NCBI GenBank assembly: GCA_025453655.1
Contig: JALOPX010000006.1
Span: forward strand, 1-46,102
DNA from: Candidatus Krumholzibacteriia bacterium
Lineage (GTDB): Bacteria > Krumholzibacteriota > Krumholzibacteriia > Krumholzibacteriales > Krumholzibacteriaceae
Reading direction: 5' to 3'
DNA length: 46,102 bases
A program made the translations under genes and the position numbers. This document shows positions 18,794 to 28,969 of this stretch, in pieces. Position 1 is the first letter of the stretch, and each line of letters begins with the position of its first letter. The notes beneath the pieces are model-generated. The model did no database searches. It saw nothing but the letters and a program-made list of their open reading frames with translations, and had not been told where the DNA came from.

Positions 18794-20020
18794 ATGCAAC
18801 CGGAATTCATAGTGAGCCTTGACCTGGGAACCACGAAAGTGGCCGCCGCGGTGGGGGAATTCAGCGACGGCGGGATGAAGATAACGGGGGCCGCGAGCCT
18901 GCCTTCGGACGGAGTCAAAAAAGGGATGGTCGTGGACATGGAGGCCGCGGCCGCGTGCGTCGGCATGGCCCTCGAGAAGGCGGGCCGGATGGCCGACGTG
19001 GAGATACAGGGGGTGTGCGCGGGGTTTTCGGGCCCCGAGGTAAGGAGCATAAACAGCAGAGGCGTCATTTCCCTTCCCGACGGCAGGCTCGAGGTTACGG
19101 CGGCCGACGTCAGGAAGGTGATAGATTCGGCGGGGAACGTGGTGCTTCCCGGCGACATGGAGATCGTGGACACGGCCGTCCTGGATTTCACGGTCGACAA
19201 GAACCGGGGCATAAAGGATCCGGTCGGGATGGCGGGATCGCGTCTCGGCGTCGAGGTGCACCTCGTGACCGCCCAGGCCGCCGGCGTCGAGAACTTCGTC
19301 AGGATGCTGGAAAAGATCGGCGTCGACGCGCTCAATCTCGTTTTCCAGCCCCTCGCCTGCGCCCACTCCGTGCTGACCCGGGAGGACATGGAATCGGGCT
19401 GCCTCCTCATAGACATAGGCGGAGGGATAACCGATTTCGCGCTGTTCCACGGCGGGTGCGTCAGGGCCAGCGGAGTCATACCGGTAGGCGGGGCCAACAT
19501 CTCCAGGGATCTGGCCATCGGCCTGAGGATCCCTGAGTCGGCGGCCGAGGAGATAAAGCTCCGGTACGGGCTGGCGCTCGAATCGCTCGCGGGGGAGGAC
19601 GAGACGGTGATGCTCCCGGGAGCCCACGGGAACAGCGGGGGCGAGGTCCGGAAAAAGATCATCGCGGCGATAATAGAGCCGAGATGCGAGGAGATTTTCA
19701 GCATGATCAAGTCGTCCGTTTCGGCGACGGACTGGTTCAAGTCGATCGGGGCGGGGGTGGTTCTGACCGGCGGGGGGTCGAGGATAATGGGGATGAAGAG
19801 CGTCGCTTCGCAGGTCTTCGGCCTTCCAGCGAGGAAGGGGACGCCGGACGGGCTGGGCGGCATCCCCGGGATAACCGCCGATGAAAGCTGGAGCGCCGCG
19901 GTGGGCCTGCTCCTCTTCGAGAGCGACAGGTTCGGCAGGCTGGAGAGGTTGAAAAGCCCCGGCCGGCCGCTCGGATGGATGTTCGACAGGTTGAGAAGAA
20001 TAGCTAGTTTATTTCTGTAG
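18794..20020 (+). CDS. ftsA: Cell division protein FtsA
   Basis: SLDLGTTKV, IDIGGGITD, AEEIK, VVLTGGGS, C-terminal amphipathic helix; SD GGAGG upstream of ATG 18794. Confidence 0.96.
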   Translation: MQPEFIVSLDLGTTKVAAAVGEFSDGGMKITGAASLPSDGVKKGMVVDMEAAAACVGMALEKAGRMADVEIQGVCAGFSGPEVRSINSRGVISLPDGRLEVTAADVRKVIDSAGNVVLPGDMEIVDTAVLDFTVDKNRGIKDPVGMAGSRLGVEVHLVTAQAAGVENFVRMLEKIGVDALNLVFQPLACAHSVLTREDMESGCLLIDIGGGITDFALFHGGCVRASGVIPVGGANISRDLAIGLRIPESAAEEIKLRYGLALESLAGEDETVMLPGAHGNSGGEVRKKIIAAIIEPRCEEIFSMIKSSVSATDWFKSIGAGVVLTGGGSRIMGMKSVASQVFGLPARKGTPDGLGGIPGITADESWSAAVGLLLFESDRFGRLERLKSPGRPLGWMFDRLRRIASLFL

Positions 20021-20050
20021 AATAACCGTATGGAAGAAAGGGGAAGCAAG

Positions 20051-21199
20051 ATGCGGTTTGAATTCGATGAAATCAGCGAACTGGCCCGCCTGAGGGTCGT
20101 GGGAGTCGGAGGAGCGGGGGGAAACGCCGTCAACCGGATGATTGCCGCCGGCCTCCAGGGAGTGGAATTCGTCGCCGTCAACACCGACGCGCAGGTGCTC
20201 GAACTCTCCCTCGCGCACAAGAAGATGCAGATCGGCGGGAGGCTCACGAAGGGCCTCGGTTCCGGCGGGAGGCCGGAGGTCGGGAGAAAGGCGGTCGAGG
20301 AGGACTCCGACCTCATAAAGGAGATGCTCAACGGAGCCGACATGGTATTCGTCACGGCCGGAATGGGCGGAGGAACCGGAACCGGCGCGAGCCCCTTCGT
20401 GGCGAGGATAGCCCGCGAGATGGGCGCCCTGACCGTCGGGATCGTGACCAGGCCCTTCAGCTTCGAGGGCAAGAGAAGGGAGATGCAGGCGCTGGAGGGG
20501 ATCGAGCAGCTCAAGAACGAGGTCGACACGCTCATAGTGATACAGAACGACAGGCTCCTCTCCCTCGTGCCGTCCGATATGCCCCTTACGAAAGCCTTTT
20601 CGAAGGCCGACGAGGTGCTTCACCACGCCACCAAGGGGATATCAGACCTCGTCATGACGCCGGGTCTCATAAATCTTGACTTTGCCGACGTTCGCTCTAT
20701 CATGAGCGGCATGGGCGGGGCCCTCATGGGCACCGGAACGGCGGAGGGCGAGAACCGGGCGGTCGAGGCGGCGAGGATAGCGCTCAGCAGCCCGCTCCTC
20801 GAGGACGTTTCGATCAGGGGCGCCAAGGGAGTGCTGGTCAACATCACCGGCGACTCGAACATGACCCTTCATGAGGTGTCCCAGGCGACGGCCATCATCA
20901 GCGAGGAAGCCGGAGAGGACGCGAACGTCATATTCGGCGCGGTCATAAATGAGGAATGCTCCGACAGCATCAACGTCACGGTCATCGCGACCGGTTTCGA
21001 GCCGGGGGCCCGGGAGATAGTGCCCAGGATGAGGGTGCGCGAAAAGGCGCAGGAACGGTTCGAGGTCGAGAAAATGATTGAAACGGCGCCGCCCGCGCCG
21101 CGGTTCAACGGATTCGAAGGACTGGATCTCGTCGGCGTCGGCTGCGTGAGCGAACCGAACCTCGAGATCCCGACATTCCTGAGGAAACAGCTGGATTAA
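20051..21199 (+). CDS. ftsZ: Cell division protein FtsZ
   Basis: [23 protein letters not shown] tubulin signature, NLDFADV, C-terminal peptide [10 protein letters not shown]. Confidence 0.99.
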   Translation: MRFEFDEISELARLRVVGVGGAGGNAVNRMIAAGLQGVEFVAVNTDAQVLELSLAHKKMQIGGRLTKGLGSGGRPEVGRKAVEEDSDLIKEMLNGADMVFVTAGMGGGTGTGASPFVARIAREMGALTVGIVTRPFSFEGKRREMQALEGIEQLKNEVDTLIVIQNDRLLSLVPSDMPLTKAFSKADEVLHHATKGISDLVMTPGLINLDFADVRSIMSGMGGALMGTGTAEGENRAVEAARIALSSPLLEDVSIRGAKGVLVNITGDSNMTLHEVSQATAIISEEAGEDANVIFGAVINEECSDSINVTVIATGFEPGAREIVPRMRVREKAQERFEVEKMIETAPPAPRFNGFEGLDLVGVGCVSEPNLEIPTFLRKQLD

Positions 21200-21215
21200 A
21201 CGCCGGGAGAAGCAT

Positions 21216-22856
21216 TTGTCGGTCTGGGGAAGATTGTTCGGGGTGGAAAGGAACACCGATTACGAGATCGGCATCAGGTATTTCAACGAGGGAAGGTACG
21301 ACCTGGCCGTCGAGCAGTTCGAGCGCGCGGTGAGCAGGGTCGGATCGAGCGACCCGGTTTACGCCCTCGGGATGTTCTACGCCGCCGAATCGCACGTTCA
21401 TCTCGGCACGGCGCTTTTTCACGCCGGCGACCTCGACGGGGCCTTCGAGCATTTCAGCGTGGCGATCAGGGAGAATCCGACCTACCCGGACCTGTATTAC
21501 CGCATGGGGGTGATCTACCACAGCCGCGGGAAACTGGGCGACGCGGTCGAAATGCTCGAGAGGGCCGTGGAACTGAACGAAAGCTACTTCGAGGCGGTCT
21601 GCTACCTCGGGATAATCCTGTTCGAGAAGGGGGACAGGGAAAGGGCCGACGCGGTCTTCGCGAGGGCCCTCGAACTGGGGTCCGGCAATCCGAACCCGAT
21701 CAGCAAGTTCCTGAGCGAGCACATGGCCGGCAGGGAAACCGAAATCCCCCCCCTCGCGAAGATACGCGAATTCGTGAAAACCGACACCGAGTTCGAGATG
21801 TGCGTCAGGGAGGGGATCGAGGCTTTCAACACGGGGGATTTCACCCTTGCGGCGGGCGCCTTCTCGGGGGCCGCGCGAATACATCCTGACTACCCCGACG
21901 TCAGGTTCAAGCTTGGACTGGCCCTGCTGCGCGACGGCAGGCGCGGTGAGGCGAGGAAGGAGTTCGAGGCCGCGCTGGGCGTCAACAAGGAATACACGGA
22001 AGCGAGGTTCTATCTCGGGGTCGCGTACCTCGACGACAGGATGTTCAGGGAGGCGCTGCCGCATTTCGAAATCGCGGCGGCGGAGCGCCCCGGCTACGCC
22101 GACCTTCAATGCTATCTCGGATCGACCCTTTTCTACCTCGGTGAGCACGACAAGGCGAAAACCGCGCTCGAAAAGACGCTCGAAATATCCCCCGGTTATT
22201 CGAGGGCCCAGTACTACTACGGGCTTCTTCTCTACCAGACGGGGGAGAAACAGAGGGCCGTGGATTACCTGACGAGCGGGATACACGGCAACGACAAGCC
22301 GGATGACGCCGATATAAGCGTGGCGCTGGTCCACCTCAGGGAGGGGAATCTCGAGGAGGCGATGAGGGTGCTGAGGGAAATCATCGACGTCGGCGGCGAA
22401 AGCGCCGACGCGCTGTATTTCATCGGCGAGGTATACGTGCATATGGGAATGGAGAAGGAGGCGGAGGAATTCTTCAGGAGGTCCCTCCGGATCAACGGCC
22501 GCTTCATAAGGGCGAGGGAGAAACTCGCCATGCTGCTGATAAGGCGGGGGGAATACCAGGAGGCGGAGAAGCTCCTGGATTCCAACGGCGACGATTTTGC
22601 CGACCTCTACAAGATAATGGGCGATATTCAGTTCTACAAGGGCGACCTGGACGCAGCCGAAGCCTGCTACAGAAAAAGCCTGGATGTGAATTCCGAGTAC
22701 GGCGAAGCGTTGATTTCGCTTGCCCTGACGATGAGGCAGAAGGGGATGGACGACAAGGCTGAATCCATCCTTCACAGGCTCGTGGAGATCGATCCCGGAA
22801 ATCTCGTCGCGAGAAATCTTATCGCCGACGGCTTTTCCGGCTTCGATGCGGGATGA
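21216..22856 (+). CDS. Cytoplasmic tetratricopeptide-repeat protein
   Basis: Many TPR-like units, e.g. NPTYPDLYYRMG, HPDYPDVRFKLG, RPGYADLQCYLG; no signal peptide; TTG start 16 nt after ftsZ stop. Confidence 0.9.
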   Translation: MSVWGRLFGVERNTDYEIGIRYFNEGRYDLAVEQFERAVSRVGSSDPVYALGMFYAAESHVHLGTALFHAGDLDGAFEHFSVAIRENPTYPDLYYRMGVIYHSRGKLGDAVEMLERAVELNESYFEAVCYLGIILFEKGDRERADAVFARALELGSGNPNPISKFLSEHMAGRETEIPPLAKIREFVKTDTEFEMCVREGIEAFNTGDFTLAAGAFSGAARIHPDYPDVRFKLGLALLRDGRRGEARKEFEAALGVNKEYTEARFYLGVAYLDDRMFREALPHFEIAAAERPGYADLQCYLGSTLFYLGEHDKAKTALEKTLEISPGYSRAQYYYGLLLYQTGEKQRAVDYLTSGIHGNDKPDDADISVALVHLREGNLEEAMRVLREIIDVGGESADALYFIGEVYVHMGMEKEAEEFFRRSLRINGRFIRAREKLAMLLIRRGEYQEAEKLLDSNGDDFADLYKIMGDIQFYKGDLDAAEACYRKSLDVNSEYGEALISLALTMRQKGMDDKAESILHRLVEIDPGNLVARNLIADGFSGFDAG

Positions 22857-22874
22857 TATCACGGAAAGGCCGCG

Positions 22875-24428
22875 TTGACTGCTTCCCGAAAAAAATCTTC
22901 CTCCCAGGGCAAACCCCGCGAGACATTCCTTGAGACGTTCCCACGGCCGCAGAGGCATGCAAGGGCCCTGTTCGCCGGATACCCCGCCGCATATTCCGTC
23001 GCGATGTCGAACCTCGGGTTCCATTTCATTTACGGCGCCCTGGCGCGGAGCGGCCGGTTCAACGTCGAAAGATTCTTCAGCGACACCTCGCCCATGACTT
23101 TCGAAAGCGGGAGGCCGATCGGCGACGCCTTCGCCCTCCTGTTCTCCGTGTCGTATGAGGAGGATTATCTCGGTCTCGTGCGCATCCTGATCGATTCCGG
23201 GATCGAGCCGCTGAGGGAGAAAAGGAGGGGCGCGCCCCTGGTGATCGCGGGAGGGCCCGCGGTAAGCTCCAATCCGCTTCCCCTCTCCGATATTATCGAC
23301 GTCGCGGTGCTGGGCGAGGGGGAAGAGGCGGCAAAGATCCTCGCGGACCTTCTGGACGAGGCGCCGGACGGCGGCGGGGCGGCACTTCCGGCGCGCCTTG
23401 CCGGGCTCGACGGTTTTTTCCTCCCCGGGGTGGAAGGGGCGCGGGCCGCTTTCTCAGGGGAAAGGCGCAGGGACGTCTTCCCGAAGTCCGTGATAATCAC
23501 CCCCGACACCGTTTTCTCAGACACGATGCTCTTCGAGACCGGAAGGGGGTGCGCCGGCTCCTGCGGATTCTGCCTTGCCACGGCGTTATACAGGCCGCTG
23601 CGATTCGTGTCGCCGGAGTCTGTGGAAAAGGCCCTGGACGAATTGAAGGCGCCGGTCGGCAAGGCGGGGCTCGTCAGCACCGCCGTTACCGCCCACCCGC
23701 GCTTTTCCGAACTGGTCGAACTTTTCCTTCAAAGGGGGATTTCCCTCGGGTTCAGCTCGATCAGCGCCTCCGGGCTTGACGAAACGGACGCGAGGCTCGT
23801 GGCGCGCGCCGGGACGCGGAGCGTAAGCCTCGCTCCGGAATCGGGGAGCGAGGAGCTGAGGATCAGGCTTGGCAAGAATGTCCCGGATCAGGCATATTTC
23901 AACGCGGTGCGCGTCCTCTCCGAAAGCGGGATAAGGAATATCGGGCTGTATTTCCTGACCGGATACCCGGGGGAGGACGAGGGCGCGTTCGAGAAGACCG
24001 CCGTTTTCCTGGAGGGTATCAGGCGCTCGGCCGGGAGAGCGTCGCTGACTCTCAGCGTCAACGCCATGGTGCCGAAACCCTGGACGCCGCTGCAGCATTA
24101 TGCGATGCCGGGAGAGGGCGTTCTCCGGGCCCGCATGGAAAAGATGAGAGCGATCGGCAGGAAGGCCCGGATCGAGTGCCGCGTCAAGCCGCTTCGCTCC
24201 TCGATGAGACAGGCCCTGCTTTCGGTCGGGGGAAGGGAGATCGGGGCGGCGCTCGTCATGTATCTGTCCGGCGGAGTCTCCTGGAAAAAGGCGCTTCTAC
24301 TCAGCGGGGCCGACCCGGAACTTCCCTTCAGGGAGCGCGGGATCGACGGCGATCTTCCATGGTCCGCGATAGAAGGCCCGTGCGGCGGAGCGCAGCTGCT
24401 CGAACGGTACAGGAGGATGACGATCTGA
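22875..24428 (+). CDS. Radical SAM Fe-S protein (COG1032-like, with N-terminal YPxxYxxxMSNLG domain)
   Basis: ETGRGCAGSCGFC (CxxxCxxC), IAGGPAV, LAPESGSEELR, PKPWTPLQ. Confidence 0.88.
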   Translation: MTASRKKSSSQGKPRETFLETFPRPQRHARALFAGYPAAYSVAMSNLGFHFIYGALARSGRFNVERFFSDTSPMTFESGRPIGDAFALLFSVSYEEDYLGLVRILIDSGIEPLREKRRGAPLVIAGGPAVSSNPLPLSDIIDVAVLGEGEEAAKILADLLDEAPDGGGAALPARLAGLDGFFLPGVEGARAAFSGERRRDVFPKSVIITPDTVFSDTMLFETGRGCAGSCGFCLATALYRPLRFVSPESVEKALDELKAPVGKAGLVSTAVTAHPRFSELVELFLQRGISLGFSSISASGLDETDARLVARAGTRSVSLAPESGSEELRIRLGKNVPDQAYFNAVRVLSESGIRNIGLYFLTGYPGEDEGAFEKTAVFLEGIRRSAGRASLTLSVNAMVPKPWTPLQHYAMPGEGVLRARMEKMRAIGRKARIECRVKPLRSSMRQALLSVGGREIGAALVMYLSGGVSWKKALLLSGADPELPFRERGIDGDLPWSAIEGPCGGAQLLERYRRMTI

Positions 24429-24483
24429 AGCCGCCCCGCGGGGATGGCGGCCGGCCGGGCGGAGGCAGGAGGCGCGGCGAAAT

Positions 24484-24513
24484 GAAAAAGACCGGGAAAC
24501 TGTTTTCCCGGTC
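24484..24513 (-). terminator. Intrinsic terminator for rpmB (possibly bidirectional)
   Basis: 10-bp stem GACCGGGAAA/TTTCCCGGTC with 4-nt loop, followed by T-tract on the minus strand (AAAAA 24485-24489). Confidence 0.8.
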
Positions 24514-24553
24514 CCGGCAGGCTCAAAAAGGAACAAGCCTCATGAAACTATGT

Positions 24554-24745
24554 CTAAAGAACCTTTTTTGCCTTTCCACCCTTGATGCAACGGGCGCAGA
24601 CCCAGCTCTTCCTGATTCCTTCCTTCGTCTCGATGCGAATCTTCTGAAGATTGGGAAGCCAGCGCCGTTTCGTAAGGTTATGGGCGTGGCTCACCGTGTG
24701 CCCCGTCATGGGCTTCTTTCCACATATAACGCATTCCTTGCTCAT
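24554..24745 (-). CDS. rpmB: 50S ribosomal protein L28 (zinc-binding, 4 Cys form)
   Basis: [30 protein letters not shown]...VCARCIK; SD GGAGG upstream. Confidence 0.97.
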   Translation of the reverse strand: MSKECVICGKKPMTGHTVSHAHNLTKRRWLPNLQKIRIETKEGIRKSWVCARCIKGGKAKKVL

Positions 24746-24778
24746 CGTTATCCTCCGTATATCGACAAAAGATTCTAT

Positions 24779-24807
24779 AATGTAGATGATATAACCGGCA
24801 TTTGCAA
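24779..24807 (-). promoter_or_regulatory. Putative sigma-70 promoter of rpmB
   Basis: Minus strand TTGCAA-17 bp-TACATT; an overlapping plus-strand TATAAT at 24776-24781 may serve recG. Confidence 0.55.
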
Positions 24808-24815
24808 GTGTTTTT

Positions 24816-26915
24816 ATGGAAAAACAGGGTGAAAGACAGGAAGTCCTGGCCGAAAGCAGCCAGTTCGTGAAGGGCGTCGGGCCTTTCAGGCAGGTCCTGC
24901 TGAGCCGTCTCGGTATCGAGACGGTCGAGGACCTCGTGCTCCATTACCCGCGTAATTACTTCGATCGCAGCGAGTTGAAACGCGTCAGCGACATGGTCCC
25001 CGAAAGCCGGGGCTCCTTCTCGGGGACCGTGCTCGCCGTCTCTCCGCGAAAGCTCGGCCGGGGGCGTTCGATGCTTACCGTCGCCGTGGGGGACGAGACG
25101 GGGATCATCAATCTCGTCTTCTTCAACCAGCATTACCTCGAAAAGATTTTCAGGCAGGGAAACACCGTCATAGCGAGCGGAACGGTGAGACACTACAGGG
25201 GGCAGAAACAGATCGTTGCTCCCGAATACGAGATCGTCTCCGCGGACGCTGGGGACGAACTTCTCCATGCGGGAAGGATCGTTCCCGTCTATCCGCTGAC
25301 CGCCGGCATTTCGCAGAGAATGATGAGAAGGATCGTGAAAACGGCCCTCGACAAGTGCGGGGGGAGGATCCGGGAAAACCTCCCGGAGTGGATAACGGGC
25401 CCCTCCGGCTTCCCGCGCAGGGAGGAGGCCCTCAGGCAGATCCATTATCCGGAAAGCTGGGAAAATCTTAAGGCCGCGGTCGACCGGATGAAATTCGAGG
25501 AGGTTTTTTTCCTGCATCTTCTCGTCATGATGAGAAGGAAATTCCTCGGCGAAGGGAGGCCCAGGCCGGAGATAAGGCCGCCGCACCCCCTTCTCGAGAG
25601 GTTTCTCGCTTCGCTGCCCTTCGAGATGACGCTCGCGCAGAAAAGGGCGCTCTCCGAGATCGCCGCCGACGTGGAGGGCCCGAGGGGGCTCTCCCGGCTG
25701 CTGCAGGGGGACGTCGGCTGCGGGAAAACCGTCGTCGGGATAGCCGCGATGCTGATGGCGGTCGGCAGGGGGTTCCAGGCCGCGCTCATGGTCCCGACGG
25801 AGATACTGGCCGAGCAGCATTTCGGCAAGATCAGGGAGTATCTGAAGGGCTTCCCCGTCGCGTCCGAGCTGTTGATAGGATCGCTCGGCCAGGCGGAGAA
25901 GAAGAGGATCCACGCCGGCATAGCCTCGGGGGAGATCGACCTGGTCGTCGGCACCCAGGCCCTGATCCAGGAAGGAATAGATTTCAGGCAGCTCGGGCTC
26001 GCTGTGATAGACGAACAGCACAGGTTCGGTGTCCGCCAGAGGGCGAGGCTCGGACAGGGCGGGCTGCTTCCCCATTTTCTCGTCATGACGGCGACGCCCA
26101 TCCCGAGATCCCTCGCCCAGACCGTTTACGGGGATCTGGACCTGACGGTGATAGACGAGCTCCCGTTCGGAGGGAGAAAGGTGCGCACCGGCCTGATCGG
26201 CGAAAGCCGGCTCGATGAGGTTTACGCCGCCATCAGGAATGCGTTCGACGCCGGGAGGCAGGCGTTCATTCTTTATCCCCTGGTCGAGGAAAGCGAAAAG
26301 TCGGACCTGAGGGCGGCGGTCGACGAGTTCGAAAGGCTTCAGAGGGACGAATTCGCCGGGTATCCCCTCGGGCTTCTTCACGGCAGGATGAGTTTCGAGG
26401 AGAAATCGCGCGCGATAGAGATGTTCCGCGACCGGAGCATAATGGGGCTCGTGACCACCACAGTGATCGAGGTCGGCGTGGACATACCGAACGCGTCGAT
26501 CCTCCTGATAAACCATCCCGAAAGGTTCGGGCTGTCCCAGCTTCACCAGCTCAGGGGCAGGGTCGGGAGGGGCGGAGAGGAGGGGATCTGTTTCCTGGCG
26601 ACCGGAGCCGGGGACGAGAGCGACAGCGCGAGGCGCCTTGAATTTTTCGCGTCCACCGACGACGGATTCGCGGTGGCCGAGATGGATCTGAAACTCAGGG
26701 GGCCGGGGGAGATATGGGGGCTGAGACAGTCGGGATATCCGATGTTCAGGCTGCTCAATCCGCTCAGCGACCGGATGATCGTCGAAAGGTCCTGGGAGAC
26801 GGCGCGCGATCTTCTCGCGGCGGATCCGGGTCTTAAAAGGGCCGAAAACAGGGTTGTAGCGGAATATTTTCAACTGTATTACAGGCCGAGGATGGAACTC
26901 GGGGATATCGGCTGA
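24816..26915 (+). CDS. recG: ATP-dependent DNA helicase RecG
   Basis: KGVGP, OB-fold wedge, [55 protein letters not shown]. Confidence 0.98.
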   Translation: MEKQGERQEVLAESSQFVKGVGPFRQVLLSRLGIETVEDLVLHYPRNYFDRSELKRVSDMVPESRGSFSGTVLAVSPRKLGRGRSMLTVAVGDETGIINLVFFNQHYLEKIFRQGNTVIASGTVRHYRGQKQIVAPEYEIVSADAGDELLHAGRIVPVYPLTAGISQRMMRRIVKTALDKCGGRIRENLPEWITGPSGFPRREEALRQIHYPESWENLKAAVDRMKFEEVFFLHLLVMMRRKFLGEGRPRPEIRPPHPLLERFLASLPFEMTLAQKRALSEIAADVEGPRGLSRLLQGDVGCGKTVVGIAAMLMAVGRGFQAALMVPTEILAEQHFGKIREYLKGFPVASELLIGSLGQAEKKRIHAGIASGEIDLVVGTQALIQEGIDFRQLGLAVIDEQHRFGVRQRARLGQGGLLPHFLVMTATPIPRSLAQTVYGDLDLTVIDELPFGGRKVRTGLIGESRLDEVYAAIRNAFDAGRQAFILYPLVEESEKSDLRAAVDEFERLQRDEFAGYPLGLLHGRMSFEEKSRAIEMFRDRSIMGLVTTTVIEVGVDIPNASILLINHPERFGLSQLHQLRGRVGRGGEEGICFLATGAGDESDSARRLEFFASTDDGFAVAEMDLKLRGPGEIWGLRQSGYPMFRLLNPLSDRMIVERSWETARDLLAADPGLKRAENRVVAEYFQLYYRPRMELGDIG

Positions 26916-26930
26916 CATGAAGAACCCCGA

Positions 26931-27491
26931 ATGGAGGGAAAATTGATATCGAGAGAAGAGGGATTCGCCCTTGTCACGAAGCATCTCAGCAAGAAGAATC
27001 TTATAAAGCACGTTCTCGCCGTCGAGGCCATCATGAGGGTCCTTGCTGAGAGATTCGGCGAAGACGTCGAGAGCTGGGGCCTCGCGGGCCTTATACACGA
27101 CCTCGATTACGAGGAAACGGAAAGCTCTCCCGATCGGCACGGCCACGTGACCATCGATCTCGTCTCCTCACAGGATATTCCCGCGGATGTCCGTCACGCG
27201 ATTCTTGCCCACGCGGATCAGGTCGAGCGTATCTCGCTCATGGACAAGGCGATATACTGCAGCGACCCCGTTACTGGCTTGATTGTTGCATCAGTGCTGA
27301 TGCACCCATCAAAGAGCCTGGCCGGCATGGACGCCGACTTTGTGGGAAAACGATTTAAAGAAAAGAGGTTTGCCGCGGGAGCAAACCGTGATGCAATTGC
27401 GGGTTGTAGCGAACTCGGTCTGGAATTGCACGAGTTTCTGGAGATATCGCTTGACGCCATGAGGAAGATTTCGAAAGATCTCGGGTTGTGA
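26931..27491 (+). CDS. HD/HDIG-domain metal-dependent hydrolase
   Basis: LIKHVLAVEA, WGLAGLIHDLDYE, HAILAH, KRFKEKRFAAG. Confidence 0.9.
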   Translation: MEGKLISREEGFALVTKHLSKKNLIKHVLAVEAIMRVLAERFGEDVESWGLAGLIHDLDYEETESSPDRHGHVTIDLVSSQDIPADVRHAILAHADQVERISLMDKAIYCSDPVTGLIVASVLMHPSKSLAGMDADFVGKRFKEKRFAAGANRDAIAGCSELGLELHEFLEISLDAMRKISKDLGL

Positions 27492-27532
27492 CAAGGACAG
27501 GCCGGTCCGCCATCGAGTGAAGGAGCAGCCGA

Positions 27533-28123
27533 ATGATCGTCACCTGTGACGGATGCCAGACAAGGTACATGCTTGGAAACGACAAGGTTCCCCCGCGGGG
27601 AATCCGTGTCAGATGTCCGAAGTGCCGTTTCGTGTGGAAGCTCACCGCCGCCGCCGAGAAACCCGTCTTCGAGGTCAGCTCGGGCAGGTTCTCATCGGAA
27701 GCCGCGGCCGCCGAAGCTCCCGCAGGAGGCTGGAACGCTTCCCCGCAGAGATCGACGGTCGTCATGACCGAGCCGGAGATAAGCGCGCCCGGGATCGGGC
27801 CGGAAAAGGAAGTCGAGATCCGGTCCGGCGACCGGAGCGCCGCGCCTTCCCTGACGGAGGCTCAGGAATCGCCGGAGCTCAAGAGAAAACGCGAAAGGAC
27901 CAGAAGGCTCGCCAGGGTCTTCGTCAGCGACATCCTCGTGTACAACAAGGAAAAAAGGAATCAGGCGCTTGGGGAGGGGAACCTGATGGCCGCGCTGGGC
28001 CCGGAGATAAAGAAGGCCTGGGAGGCTTACAAGGAGAAGGTCGGTACGGAGTTGAAGGAATCGAACGATTATTTCCGTGAAGCCCTGAACGATATCCTAG
28101 CCGATGGGCAGGAAGTTTTCTGA
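27533..28123 (+). CDS. MJ0042-type zinc-ribbon protein with C-terminal RomX-like helical domain
   Basis: MIVTCDGCQTRY...VRCPKCRFVW zinc ribbon, low-complexity linker, then RRLARVFVSDILVYN...EIKKAWEAYKEKV...YFREALNDIL; the RomX likeness is from recalled sequence pattern. Confidence 0.75.
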   Translation: MIVTCDGCQTRYMLGNDKVPPRGIRVRCPKCRFVWKLTAAAEKPVFEVSSGRFSSEAAAAEAPAGGWNASPQRSTVVMTEPEISAPGIGPEKEVEIRSGDRSAAPSLTEAQESPELKRKRERTRRLARVFVSDILVYNKEKRNQALGEGNLMAALGPEIKKAWEAYKEKVGTELKESNDYFREALNDILADGQEVF

Positions 28124-28131
28124 AAACGCGT

Positions 28132-28956
28132 GTGAATAAGCTGTCCTTATATATTCTCGACCTGGCGCCGGCGGTGCATGCCGAGTTTTTCAGCGATATG
28201 CGGCTGCCCGAAGAGGTCGACGTAAAGGTTTACAAGACCTATCCCCGGTTTCTCGGCGGTCTGCAGGCTCCCGAGGCCGGCGATCCCAACATTCTGCTCT
28301 TCCTTCCTTCGGGGCGGTTCGACGCCTCAAAGGCGCGCCAGCTCCGGATCCTCAAGATAGATTCGCCGATGTACATAATCACCCCCGAATGCGACGAGAA
28401 AGCCTATCTTTCATACCTGTCGATGGGCGTGAGCGGGATATTGACCCCTCCGTTCAACAAGGTGGACGTTCAGGGCGTGATGAACGGCCGCGATCAGCAT
28501 GGAATACTCTTCCCGAGGAACAATGAGCTGATCAGGGAGGGCCAGGTACGCCTCGATTTCCTGGTTCCGAGCAAGCTATCGAGGATACTCGGGGTCAACC
28601 GCCTGGTCTCCTTCCTCGCGGCGGAGTTCGGATTCCCGCCGGAGGACACCCGGGTCAACCTTCCGATGGTGATGGACGAGGCTCTCAGCAACGCAATGGA
28701 GCACGGAAACGGGGGGAACGAGAACCTGAAGGTTCACGTGAGGATATACGTGAGCACCAGCAGGATCGTCATGCAGATCGAGGACCAGGGTGAGGGGTTC
28801 ATACCCGAGCACATCGATGATCCGACCGACAGGGAGAATCTCTACAAGGGGTCCGGCAGGGGCATATTCCTGATGAAGGAGCTGATGGACAAGGTCACAT
28901 TCAGCAAGGGCGGGCGGCTCGTGGAGATAGAGAAGATCAACCCGCTCGCCACGTGA
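28132..28956 (+). CDS. Pseudo-receiver domain fused to RsbW/SpoIIAB-like (HATPase_c_2) Ser/Thr kinase
   Basis: DEALSNAMEHGN (N box), IEDQGEGF (G1), SGRGIFLMKELMD (G2); N-terminal REC-like ...GVSGILTPPF lacking the conserved Asp and Lys. Confidence 0.82.
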   Translation: MNKLSLYILDLAPAVHAEFFSDMRLPEEVDVKVYKTYPRFLGGLQAPEAGDPNILLFLPSGRFDASKARQLRILKIDSPMYIITPECDEKAYLSYLSMGVSGILTPPFNKVDVQGVMNGRDQHGILFPRNNELIREGQVRLDFLVPSKLSRILGVNRLVSFLAAEFGFPPEDTRVNLPMVMDEALSNAMEHGNGGNENLKVHVRIYVSTSRIVMQIEDQGEGFIPEHIDDPTDRENLYKGSGRGIFLMKELMDKVTFSKGGRLVEIEKINPLAT

Positions 28957-28969
28957 AAGCGGCTTCCCG

